Shown here: piece after piece, positions 1 through 7,518 of the stretch
Numbering within the stretch: position 1 is the stretch's first letter
Layout: every line of letters begins with the position of its first letter
NCBI GenBank assembly: GCA_031288835.1
Contig: JAITQO010000006.1
Coordinates: 3,024-35,023 of the forward strand
Direction: 5' to 3'
DNA from: Rickettsiales bacterium
Lineage (GTDB): Bacteria > Pseudomonadota > Alphaproteobacteria > Rs-D84
DNA: 32,000 nucleotides
The notes under the pieces: generated by a model
Told to the model about the DNA's origin: nothing
The model's input: only the letters and a program-made list of their open reading frames with translations
Databases searched by the model: none
Translations under genes and position numbers: made by a program

Positions 1-2107
1 CGCGATTTTTTTCGTCTTCCTTGTCTTGCAAAAATTGCAGCTTGCCGTTTATTTTCGCCAGGCAGTCCCCCCTGTCTTTCTGAGCCGGCGATTCGCATTC
101 GCCATCTGCACCATCTGCAAGCTCCGCTTCTTTGCCCATTCCCATAAGCGCTTGTTTTATACCTCTGATCGCTTTGCTGAAATCAGTGCTGGACATTGAT
201 TGCAGTCCCGGCATATTGTTTCGTATGCAGGAAATGGTGTCCGCGCGGCTTTTGTTTCTGCAATCGATTTGACCGGCCACCGTGTCGCTGGACGTGGACG
301 ATGAAGACGAACCGGACGGGGCGCCGGCGGCCTCGGCCTTCGCGGTCATGACGGATTTCTGCATCTGCGTCTTGATTTGCTTTACCATCGATGTCAGGTA
401 ATCGCTCTGCTTTTTCAACTGCTGGGCGATTACAGTTGATTTCAAGGCAATGATTTCATCCATTTGGGATTTAACATCTTTGACTTCATTATTATTTGTT
501 TTCCCAACGTTATATGCGTGCGTCGAGCACATTCCATACAACTGGTTCGCGTAACAGGCATCTTCTTCGTCTAAATCGCATTTGCTGCAAATCTCTGCGG
601 GTTTTCCATTATCATCATATTTGCACAGGATTGCTCCATATTTTCTTGAACTTATTTTTGTGCGCAAGTCATCCACATCATTGATATCGACCGCGCAATA
701 ATTTCTGGCGGTGTCCAAAGATGCGTTGCTCTTCGGTTCATCCTGGTTGATGATGATTTCCAATGCGTCTATGTCCATGTTGGAAGATTTTTTGCGGCTG
801 CGGCGGGCAAAAATGCCGGATTGCAAAAGCCCGTCGCTCATGCACGCCATGCGGATGTTAGTCCCGTCCTCGCTGGCCGCCAAAATATAATTTTGCTGGA
901 TTTCATCGCGCTGGTCGTTGCGATACATCTCAACGAACGTACATTTGGGATTCACAGTCTTTTTTACTATGTTTTTATAGCCATCCTCCCCCGGGGTTTT
1001 CTTATTAGCGTCCTTTGCCCATTCGTATGTTTTACACTTATCACTGTCAACATATATTTTGTTTCCCCTATTGATAGGGTCTTCTCCACTCGGGTCTTTA
1101 TACTGTCCACCTTCGCAATAAACGAATGGGCTGTCGTTTTTATACGTGCACAGATATTTTCCCCACTGATTGCACGTGTTGTTCAACATCATATAGATGT
1201 CCGAAACGTCGATTCCGGCCGCCATCGCCGTGTAAAGCGAGTTTTCCAGCGAATCCAACACTCCGTCATACGGCTCGAAAAACGCCTGCGCCTTTTTGCG
1301 GAACGCCGCCACGCGCCGCGGCCCGGCGCAGCTGGTGGCGTTGTAGTCGCATTTCGCGTAATCCAAAACGTCCTTTACTATCTGTTTCAGAGATTTTAAT
1401 CCAGCATCCACTCCGTCAAGCGAACTCATGACCTGCCCCACAATCTGCTCGCGAGCAATCGCGTCCGCCGATACGCCCTTGTCAATTGCCGTCTGCACGC
1501 TTGCCGCCGGAGCCGCCGCCTGCTGCTTCGCCAATTCGGCCTGCTGCGCCAACGCCGCCTGTTGCTGCTGTGCCAGCGCCTGTTGCATTTGCTGCGCGCT
1601 CGACTCCTGCTGCGCCGTCATTTGCTGTTGCATCTGCTGCATCTGCTGCTGCATTTGCTGCATCTGTTGCGCCGATTGCGCCTGGGCCGCCGCGGCCTGC
1701 TGCTGCGCCGCCTGCGCGGCCGCTTCGTTCGCCTTTTTCGTATTCGATGCCACTATTTGCGCCGCAATCGCCTGTATCAGCGCATCGCCGTGTTTTTTGC
1801 ATTCCGACGAATCCGCCACGCAGCCCGCCACAATCGGCGTCGCGACGCCCATGTCCGTGCAGCCGCCGTTTCCGCATTTGGGCGTAGCGCACCGCAAAAT
1901 CAGCGCGTTGCAGTTACCAAAATCCGCCGTTGCCCCACCGCCGCCGCCCGCCGCCCGTTCCGGATTTATCATCTGATTGTATTGGTTGTTGTTCACGGCG
2001 CCCTGCTGGTTGCTGAAGGACGTAAGATTTCCGCCCGGCAGCACGTCGGCGGCGCAGAGGGACTTCGCGGCGAACAGCACGGCGAAAAAGGCGGTTGAAA
2101 ACTTCAT
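1..2107 (-). CDS. Secreted cysteine-rich protein with a Gln/Ala/Met-rich segment. The N-terminus is in the window and the C-terminus runs off the left edge (at least 702 codons).
   Basis: Not in the ORF track because it has no stop inside the window. I read the minus frame codon by codon (plus-strand triplets starting at 2, 5, 8...) and found no stop between 2 and 2104. ATG is at 2107..2105. The N-terminus MKFSTAFFAVLFAAKSLCA/AD looks like a Sec signal peptide. The mature part has about two dozen Cys. Confidence 0.75.
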   Translation of the reverse strand, partial: MKFSTAFFAVLFAAKSLCAADVLPGGNLTSFSNQQGAVNNNQYNQMINPERAAGGGGGATADFGNCNALILRCATPKCGNGGCTDMGVATPIVAGCVADSSECKKHGDALIQAIAAQIVASNTKKANEAAAQAAQQQAAAAQAQSAQQMQQMQQQMQQMQQQMTAQQESSAQQMQQALAQQQQAALAQQAELAKQQAAAPAASVQTAIDKGVSADAIAREQIVGQVMSSLDGVDAGLKSLKQIVKDVLDYAKCDYNATSCAGPRRVAAFRKKAQAFFEPYDGVLDSLENSLYTAMAAGIDVSDIYMMLNNTCNQWGKYLCTYKNDSPFVYCEGGQYKDPSGEDPINRGNKIYVDSDKCKTYEWAKDANKKTPGEDGYKNIVKKTVNPKCTFVEMYRNDQRDEIQQNYILAASEDGTNIRMACMSDGLLQSGIFARRSRKKSSNMDIDALEIIINQDEPKSNASLDTARNYCAVDINDVDDLRTKISSRKYGAILCKYDDNGKPAEICSKCDLDEEDACYANQLYGMCSTHAYNVGKTNNNEVKDVKSQMDEIIALKSTVIAQQLKKQSDYLTSMVKQIKTQMQKSVMTAKAEAAGAPSGSSSSSTSSDTVAGQIDCRNKSRADTISCIRNNMPGLQSMSSTDFSKAIRGIKQALMGMGKEAELADGADGECESPAQKDRGDCLAKINGKLQFLQDKEDEKNR
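1508..1729 (-). repeat. Imperfect CTG/CAT/CTG-type triplet-rich tract encoding a Q/A/M-rich segment (AAQQQAAAAQAQSAQQMQQMQQQMQQMQQQM...)
   Basis: The plus strand reads cat ttg ctg ttg cat ctg ctg cat ctg ctg ctg cat ttg ctg cat ctg around 1619..1670, flanked by ctg/cgc/ggc-rich codons. It lies inside the 1..2107 CDS. Confidence 0.7.
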
Positions 2108-2122
2108 TGCTCTCTCTTGGCT

Positions 2123-2131
2123 ATTTTATCA
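2123..2131 (-). promoter_or_regulatory. Extended -10-like element TGATAAAAT, 15 nt upstream of the ATG at 2107
   Basis: The reverse complement of attttatca (2123..2131) is TGATAAAAT, which fits TGnTAnAAT. It lies just downstream of the infC terminator hairpin. Confidence 0.4.
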
Positions 2132-2162
2132 GAAAACGTGGAAAAATGAAAGGAAAATTGTA

Positions 2163-2193
2163 AGATTCTTTGCGGCTTTGCCGCAAAGAATCT
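2163..2193 (-). terminator. Rho-independent terminator candidate after infC
   Basis: Perfect 14-bp inverted repeat agattctttgcggc / gccgcaaagaatct with a 3-nt loop (ttt). On the minus strand it is followed by TACAATTTTCCTTTCATTTTTC. The hairpin overlaps the infC stop codon (2192..2194). Confidence 0.6.
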
Positions 2194-2737
2194 ATGCGCG
2201 CACAGGCACGATTATTATTGATTTTCGAAGCTCGTCCGGCCTGGACTTGCTCTCCAGCACGGCGCGGCCCGCAAGCAGCGCAAGCACTTTGTCAAACAGG
2301 GTATTGATTGCGTCGCGGTTTCTCAACACTTTTTTATCCCTGCGCGTCATCGCGGAAATCTTGACCTTGCTGCCGTCGTTCAGGAACTCCTCGACCTTCT
2401 TCATCTTGATTTTCAAGTCATTGTCGTCGATAAACGGCTTCATCCAGATTTCTTTCAATTCGTTTTGTTTTTGGTTTTTTTTGGATTCCGACGCGCGCTT
2501 TTTCTGCTCGTATTTATACCTTCCGTAATCCATGATTTTCACAATCGGCGGAACGTTCGCGCCGTTTATTTCAACCAGGTCGAGCCCGGCATCCGCGGCC
2601 ATGGAAAGCGCCTGGGCGAGCGGCATGATGCCGATGTTCTTGCCGTCGTTGCCAATCAATTGCACGGATTTGGCAAAAATCCGGCCGTTTATGCGGGGAC
2701 CGGCGTCCCGCTTTCTATCAATGTTAAAGTTTGCGAT
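2192..2737 (-). CDS. infC: Translation initiation factor IF-3
   Basis: The track ORF 2192..2665 is IF-3-like (QLIGNDGKNIGIMPLAQALSMAADAGLDLVEI..., KEIWMKPFIDDNDLKIKMKKVEEFL). The frame stays open upstream and encodes I-A-N-F-N-I-D-R-K-R-D-A-G-P-R-I-N-G-R-I-F-AKS, the usual IF-3 N-terminus. AAAGGAG lies 6 nt before an ATC codon at 2737..2735, and no ATG/GTG/TTG sits at that position. Confidence 0.85.
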   Translation of the reverse strand: MANFNIDRKRDAGPRINGRIFAKSVQLIGNDGKNIGIMPLAQALSMAADAGLDLVEINGANVPPIVKIMDYGRYKYEQKKRASESKKNQKQNELKEIWMKPFIDDNDLKIKMKKVEEFLNDGSKVKISAMTRRDKKVLRNRDAINTLFDKVLALLAGRAVLESKSRPDELRKSIIIVPVRA

Positions 2738-2751
2738 ATTCGTCTCCTTTA

Positions 2752-2988
2752 TTAATGAATTGTCTGCAATTGAACAAGTGTATTTCTCATTTCATTTGCA
2801 ACACTCTCGACAATTTCGGCGTCCGTAAAGTCGCGCGGGACAAGCCCTTTCGCCGCCTCTTCCTCGCGCCGCCGGCGTTCGGCATGCATTTTCTCCTCAT
2901 ATTCGCGCAATCTCGGGTCCATAAGACTTATTTTCCGTTCATAACCAGCGTATGTTTCGTTCATTTTTTCGTTATCTTCTCTGCCCAT
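2752..2988 (-). CDS. Hypothetical highly charged 78-aa protein
   Basis: Internal Met of track ORF 2752..3048. AAGGAAG lies about 6 nt upstream of the ATG at 2988, 15 nt after the tRNA 3' end. The longer ORF version would overlap the tRNA. Its stop TAA (2752..2754) abuts the infC Shine-Dalgarno sequence. No family recognised. Confidence 0.45.
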   Translation of the reverse strand: MGREDNEKMNETYAGYERKISLMDPRLREYEEKMHAERRRREEEAAKGLVPRDFTDAEIVESVANEMRNTLVQLQTIH

Positions 2989-3003
2989 TTTTTCTTCCTT
3001 TTT

Positions 3004-3080
3004 TGGTCGGAGTGACTGGAATCGAACCAGCGACCTCTTGCACCCCATGCAAGCATTCTACCAGGCTGAACTACACTCCG
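3004..3080 (-). tRNA. trnP: tRNA-Pro, anticodon GGG, with encoded CCA
   Basis: The reverse complement is CGGAGTG TA GTTC AGCCTGGTA GAAT G CTTGC ATGGGGT GCAAG AGGTC GCTGG TTCGATT CCAGT CACTCCG A CCA. It has a perfect 7-bp acceptor stem, a 5-bp anticodon stem, loop A-T-GGG-G-T, and a T-loop TTCGATT. Confidence 0.93.
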
Positions 3081-3727
3081 TTCGTTGCGATTATATCCGC
3101 TCCATCCCGGACAATTTTTCCGCCCGCCTCGTTCACCAACAGTTCGCCGGCGCAAACCTCGGCGTAATCCAGCGGAGGAAGGACAATCCTGTCGAACTTT
3201 CCCGCCGCGACATACGCCAAATCCAGCGCCGGACATCCCGTATCGCGCCCGAATCCGTCCGCGTTCGGCGACACATGCAGACGCTGGGAATGATACGGCG
3301 CGAACAGATACGCGCCCTCGCCCGCCTCGCCGTAGAACAAAACATTATCGACCGGGGAATATATCAGCGCGATTCTCGTATCTCCGTTCGTCCGCAGCGC
3401 CAGGGAAATCGCGAAATGCGAAATCCCGCGGACAAAATTCTCCGCCCCGGACAGCGCCAGCGCGAATTCGTCGCGCCCGTCACCCTCGCGCGAAACATTC
3501 GGCGTCAAGAGTCCGGCGCGCGGCCGCACCAGCGACAGGTCGGACAATATCATCTGCTCTATCCGCTCGGCGGCCTTTTTCACGAACCCGCGCGCGGAAG
3601 AGAGCGTCTGCTGCAGATTCTCAACCTCGCCGAAATCGCGGCGCAATCCGTCGGCGGTTCGCCTTAGCGCCATAAACATTTGGTTCAATTCGATGGAGCC
3701 GCGAATGAGTTTTTCTTGAAAATCCAT
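3071..3727 (-). CDS. Inositol monophosphatase/SuhB-family protein, short (218 aa), with a degenerate metal-binding motif
   Basis: C-terminal blocks match the IMPase family (ALDLAYVAAGKFD, AGELLVNEAGG, HFAISLAL). Where the family has W-x-I-D-P-L-D-G-T-x-N-F, this protein has FALALSGAENF. The start ATG abuts the rpmE stop. Confidence 0.7.
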   Translation of the reverse strand: MDFQEKLIRGSIELNQMFMALRRTADGLRRDFGEVENLQQTLSSARGFVKKAAERIEQMILSDLSLVRPRAGLLTPNVSREGDGRDEFALALSGAENFVRGISHFAISLALRTNGDTRIALIYSPVDNVLFYGEAGEGAYLFAPYHSQRLHVSPNADGFGRDTGCPALDLAYVAAGKFDRIVLPPLDYAEVCAGELLVNEAGGKIVRDGADIIATNGV

Positions 3728-3937
3728 TTAGAACTTAAAGCCGGAAAACTTTTTCTTGAACTCCTCCGCACGCTGGCCGCGGTCCTGCGCAATCCGCTGG
3801 CCCGTCCATGCGGGATGGTTCAGGTTGTCGACGGCAAGCGTCAAATCCTTGGTCGACGTGGAATACATTTTTATTTTCGTTCCGTCCGATTGAGTAACGG
3901 TGATTTCGTTATACTCCGGATGAATGCCCTTTTTCAT
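3728..3937 (-). CDS. rpmE: 50S ribosomal protein L31 (form without the Cys motif)
   Basis: MKKGIHPEYNEITV...NHPAWTG...FKKKF is the L31 signature. It lacks CxxC pairs. Start taken at the internal ATG (MKKGIHP), with GGGGA upstream. Confidence 0.9.
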   Translation of the reverse strand: MKKGIHPEYNEITVTQSDGTKIKMYSTSTKDLTLAVDNLNHPAWTGQRIAQDRGQRAEEFKKKFSGFKF

Positions 3938-3963
3938 CTTATAAATCCCCAATTTGTTTTCAA

Positions 3964-3991
3964 ATTATAGCAACAAAAATAATGTTTGCAA
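3964..3991 (-). promoter_or_regulatory. Sigma70-like promoter for rpmE: TTGCAA - 16 nt - TATAAT
   Basis: The minus strand reads TTGCAAACATTATTTTTGTTGCTATAAT. The -10 (3964..3969) lies about 26 nt upstream of the rpmE ATG. Confidence 0.55.
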
Positions 3992-4045
3992 GTATTTTAT
4001 GGCCGCGGTTCCGACAAAGAGCGGCTTTCCGTTTTCACGCGATTA

Positions 4046-4054
4046 TGGTATAAT
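4046..4054 (+). promoter_or_regulatory. Extended -10 element TGGTATAAT
   Basis: An exact TGnTATAAT match on the plus strand, 23 nt upstream of the ATG at 4078 and divergent from the rpmE promoter. Confidence 0.45.
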
Positions 4055-4077
4055 TATGCAAAAAAAAGGAGCGAACC

Positions 4078-4224
4078 ATGGGCGCAGTTGACGACAATTC
4101 CACAAACAACCTCAGAAACAGCAAACGGAGCAAACTTGTTCAGGCCGGAAAAAACATTGAAACCAAATCGAACAATATGACCCTGCTCAAATTGAATCTG
4201 TTCAGCAAAGTTCAAGACAAATAA
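4078..4224 (+). CDS. Candidate 48-aa small basic protein (below the ORF-track size cutoff)
   Basis: AAAGGAG lies 6 nt before the ATG. Translation: MGAVDDNSTNNLRNSKRSKLVQAGKNIETKSNNMTLLKLNLFSKVQDK, stop TAA at 4222..4224. It is preceded by TGGTATAAT and followed by a GC hairpin. No homology recognised. Confidence 0.35.
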   Translation: MGAVDDNSTNNLRNSKRSKLVQAGKNIETKSNNMTLLKLNLFSKVQDK

Positions 4225-4230
4225 CGGCAG

Positions 4231-4258
4231 GCGCGTGAACTTTGCTTATTTCGCGCGC
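4231..4258. terminator. GC-rich hairpin between the convergent small ORF and truA
   Basis: GCGCGTGAA (4231..4239) pairs with TTCGCGCGC (4250..4258), giving 9 bp with one G-T wobble and a 10-nt loop. There is no clean U-tract on either side. Confidence 0.3.
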
Positions 4259-4265
4259 GCGGCCT

Positions 4266-4988
4266 TTAATAGTCGGCCGACATGAAAAAAAGGGCGTTGG
4301 CCGGGGCGGCGGGTCCAGCTGCGGCGCGGTCACGGGCATTCAGAATCCTTTCGATATCCATCGGCTTTCCGCGCCCGATTTCAACCAGAGTCCCGACCAT
4401 GCTCCTAACCTGGCGATGCAGGAACGATTTCGCGGAAAAATCGAGCATGATTCGTGATTCTTTGGATGTGATTGCCAGACTATCCAATGTTTTTACCGGA
4501 CTTTTGGCCTGGCATTCGGCGGCGCGAAAGGATGAAAAGTCATGATTGCCGACCAATTTCTCCGCCGCCGCGCGCATTGCGCATATATCCAGCTTCTGCG
4601 GAATCCACCATGCAAAATCCCTGTCGATTACCGGCGGGAAATCCTGATTCAGAACAACATACCGGTAATTCCGGCGAATGCATGAAAACCTGGCGTGCCA
4701 GTCATCCGGCGCTTCCTCGCACGAAACGACCGCCACCGGCGAATTTGCCAGATAAAAGTTCAGGGCCTGTTTAATCCTATCACGCGGTTTTTGCAAATTA
4801 AAATGCGCCGGCATCGCAAACGCATGCACGCCGGCATCCGTCCGGCCGCAGCCGACAACCTCCGCCCGTTCGCCGCAGAACTTGAACACGGCGTCCTCGA
4901 CCAACGACTGAACGCTATCGCCGTCCTTGTTCTTTTGGAAACCAATCAGATTCGTCCCATTGTATTCAAGAATCACCTTATATCGCAT
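4266..4988 (-). CDS. truA: tRNA pseudouridine synthase A
   Basis: MRYKVILEYNGTNLIGFQ... and the catalytic-Asp block GCGRTDAGVHA are typical TruA. Length is 240 aa. Confidence 0.9.
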   Translation of the reverse strand: MRYKVILEYNGTNLIGFQKNKDGDSVQSLVEDAVFKFCGERAEVVGCGRTDAGVHAFAMPAHFNLQKPRDRIKQALNFYLANSPVAVVSCEEAPDDWHARFSCIRRNYRYVVLNQDFPPVIDRDFAWWIPQKLDICAMRAAAEKLVGNHDFSSFRAAECQAKSPVKTLDSLAITSKESRIMLDFSAKSFLHRQVRSMVGTLVEIGRGKPMDIERILNARDRAAAGPAAPANALFFMSADY

Positions 4989-5806
4989 TTTTCATGCTGT
5001 CCGTTCATGAAATCCGCCCAGCCCATCGGTTTTTTGCCCGCCGGCTGAACGGTTTTGATTTCTAATTCCCCGCCCGCGATTTCTGTTTCAAGAATCTTGA
5101 TTTCAATTCCGTTGATTATAGTCCGACCTCCGATTGCCCGGATTTGATTATGAATCTCGCGCGGCGTTTTTTTCCAATCAACGGACAAATCATCGTTCGT
5201 GATTTTGCGCGTGAACGTCGGCTCGCCCGACTGCGGCACAGGCGGAAAACCCTCCGGCGCATCCAGATATCGCAACACCATATCGCCCGCGGCCTTCGAT
5301 ACCTTCTTTTCAATATCCGCGGTCGTTTCATTTTCGCCAATCGGAAGCCGTTCGCACAGCAGGACGTCGCCCGCATCTACTTCCTCCGCCATTTTCATCA
5401 AGCACACGCCGGTTTCCGCGTCGCCGTTCAGAATCGCCGATACGATAGGCGCAGCGCCGCGGTATTTCGGGAGCATTGACGGATGAATATTCAGGCATGG
5501 AGCAAAATCCAGCGCCTCCTTCTTCAATATCACGCCATACGCGGCGACGACGATATAATCGGGATTCGGGATTCGATTTGTCATTCCGGCAAAGGCCGGA
5601 ACGGGATTCGCCAGTTTGTTTATGTTTGTGTAAACGGGAATATTTTTTGATTCCGCCCAAGCATGCACGGGCGTTTTTGTGATAATTTTCTTTCGCCCGA
5701 CGGGCTTCGGGGCGCGCGTAAAGACGGCCTCTATTTTATGCCGCGACGCGATTTTATCAAAAATCGGAACGACAAATCCGGGTGTCCCCATAAGTATCAG
5801 TCTCAT
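4973..5806 (-). CDS. fmt: Methionyl-tRNA formyltransferase
   Basis: MRLILMGTPGF..., NIHPSMLPKYRGAAPI and DAETGVCLMKM match Fmt. At 277 aa it is slightly short. It overlaps truA by 16 nt. Confidence 0.9.
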   Translation of the reverse strand: MRLILMGTPGFVVPIFDKIASRHKIEAVFTRAPKPVGRKKIITKTPVHAWAESKNIPVYTNINKLANPVPAFAGMTNRIPNPDYIVVAAYGVILKKEALDFAPCLNIHPSMLPKYRGAAPIVSAILNGDAETGVCLMKMAEEVDAGDVLLCERLPIGENETTADIEKKVSKAAGDMVLRYLDAPEGFPPVPQSGEPTFTRKITNDDLSVDWKKTPREIHNQIRAIGGRTIINGIEIKILETEIAGGELEIKTVQPAGKKPMGWADFMNGQHEKCDIR

Positions 5807-5870
5807 AAAAAAACTCCATTTTTAATTATAAGTTTTTCGCCTTCGGCAGAAATAGTCGCAAGTTATAATT

Positions 5871-6392
5871 TTAAAAAACGCTCTTGCGTTTTTTAACCTT
5901 CCTCATCACCATCTCGCGCTTCGCGCTTGAAAGATAATCTATGAACAGAATCCCGTCAAGATGGTCCATTTCGTGCTGGATAGCGCGCGAGGCATATCCG
6001 CCGAACTCTTCCCGCCGCGTCCGTCCGGTTTCGTCCGTCCATTCGACCAACACGGATTCCGGACGCCTGACGTCCGCGAACACGGGGCCGTTCGGGCCCT
6101 GAATCGACAGGCACGCCTCGTCTATTACAATCTGTTTTTCCGACCTGGAAACTATTTTTGGATTTATGATTTTATAAACAACGCCGCTTCCGCGTTTTCC
6201 GATGTCGGCGAACACCAGCATGCGCAATAAAACCCCGACCTGCGGAGCGGCCAGCCCGGCCCCGTTTTCCGCGCGCATAGTTCTCTCCATTTTATCCAAA
6301 GTCGCGCGTATACCGTCGTTCACCTCGGAAACCGGAGCCGCCTTTTCGCGCAGAACCGGGTCGCCGACAAACCTGAGATTCATCTCACTCAT
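5871..6392 (-). CDS. def: Peptide deformylase
   Basis: All three PDF motifs are present: GAGLAAPQVG, EACLS (usually EGCLS; the Cys is kept) and HEMDHLDG. Confidence 0.92.
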   Translation of the reverse strand: MSEMNLRFVGDPVLREKAAPVSEVNDGIRATLDKMERTMRAENGAGLAAPQVGVLLRMLVFADIGKRGSGVVYKIINPKIVSRSEKQIVIDEACLSIQGPNGPVFADVRRPESVLVEWTDETGRTRREEFGGYASRAIQHEMDHLDGILFIDYLSSAKREMVMRKVKKRKSVF

Positions 6393-7512
6393 CGGCTTCT
6401 CCTTCTATCGCCAGTTCCTTTGCGGTTTGGATTCCGCCCAATTCCGCCAGCTGGTTGAACCGAGAAGACAAACCTCCGCGTCCCGACAATTTAACCTCGG
6501 CATTCTTATACGACTTCAAGGCGTCTTCAAGTTTTCCTTCGACGCCCACGAAGTCTTTCGTGAAACCGGCGTATTTCTCATAAAGGCCGGACAGCATCCC
6601 GATTACTTTTTCCGTGTTTTTGTTCTGTTTTTCGATTTTCCACAAATTGCCGATTGTCCGGACCAGCGGCAGCAGCAATGACGGCGTGGCCAGCATAACA
6701 TGCCGCGAGAACGCGTAATCGCAAATCTTCGGCTCGAATTGCAGCAAATCCAGATACGCATGCTCGAGCGGCATGAACATCACGACAAAATCCAGCCTGT
6801 TGTCGCCCTTGATTTTGTTCTGATATTCCTTTGACGACAACGATTCGATGTGTTTTTTGGTCGCGGCCGCGAACTGCCGCATATGCTCGCTTTTTTTCTC
6901 TTCGTCATCTTCTCGCACATAGTCGGCGTAACTGTTCAGGGTGAACTTCGAATCGACGACGATGCGCCTGTCGTCCGGCAGAATGATTACAAAGTCCGCA
7001 AAGAACCTGCCGTCTTCGTCCGCGGAATATTCCTGGCAGGTATAGTCGCGCCCCTCGGCAAGCCCGGCGATTTCCAAAATGCGCTTTAACTGCAACTCGC
7101 CGAAGTTGCCCAGAATCTTTTTGTCGCCGCGGAGCGCCCTTGTCAAATCCGACGCCTCCTTTTGCAACGTCCCGCTGGTTGCGAGAAGGCTTTTGATTTG
7201 CTGCTCGAACGAAGCCTTGTTTTCGGTCGCGGATTTCTCGATTTTCTCCATCTGCTCCCTGAACGGCCGCATCAGCTCGTCTATTTTTTTCGCCTGCTTT
7301 TCGCCCGTCGATTCCAGCGCGCGGTTGGACAGAAGTTCGATTGCCTCGGGCAGCCTTTTGTTCAGAGCGCCCAGTTCGGCGTTCGCGCGAATAAGATTTA
7401 TGTTTTCCCTGTTCACGCGGTCCAGGTTTTCCTTCAGGGCATGAACATCGCCCTTTGGCTTCAACAGCCAACCCAGCGCAAAACCGGCAATCAATGCGAA
7501 CGCGATTTCCAT
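6385..7512 (-). CDS. rmuC: DNA recombination protein RmuC
   Basis: It has an N-terminal TM helix (MEIAFALIAGFALGWLL), a long coiled region, and a C-terminal block DFVVMFMPLEHAYL...ATPSLLLPLVRTI typical of RmuC. Start placed at ATG 7512 rather than the TTG at 7530 (see promoter). Confidence 0.85.
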   Translation of the reverse strand: MEIAFALIAGFALGWLLKPKGDVHALKENLDRVNRENINLIRANAELGALNKRLPEAIELLSNRALESTGEKQAKKIDELMRPFREQMEKIEKSATENKASFEQQIKSLLATSGTLQKEASDLTRALRGDKKILGNFGELQLKRILEIAGLAEGRDYTCQEYSADEDGRFFADFVIILPDDRRIVVDSKFTLNSYADYVREDDEEKKSEHMRQFAAATKKHIESLSSKEYQNKIKGDNRLDFVVMFMPLEHAYLDLLQFEPKICDYAFSRHVMLATPSLLLPLVRTIGNLWKIEKQNKNTEKVIGMLSGLYEKYAGFTKDFVGVEGKLEDALKSYKNAEVKLSGRGGLSSRFNQLAELGGIQTAKELAIEGEADE

Positions 7513-7518
7513 GCGGCG

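Noticed and set aside
1428-1976. 182-aa plus-strand ORF extremely rich in Cys and Ala (CCCICCICCCICC...), which could be mistaken for a novel Cys-rich peptide. The overlapping ORFs 1482..1892, 1486..1887 and 1562..2098 were also considered.
   Set aside because: It is the antisense and off-frame reading of the CAG/CTG-rich Q/A tract of the minus-strand gene 1..2107. That gene has a signal peptide and a 2.1-kb open frame. The others are compositional artefacts.
2989-3048. The N-terminal 20 codons (MGCKRSLVRFQSLRPKKEEK) of track ORF 2752..3048
   Set aside because: This part is the antisense-independent reading through the tRNA-Pro gene body. The internal ATG at 2988 has its own SD just downstream of the tRNA.
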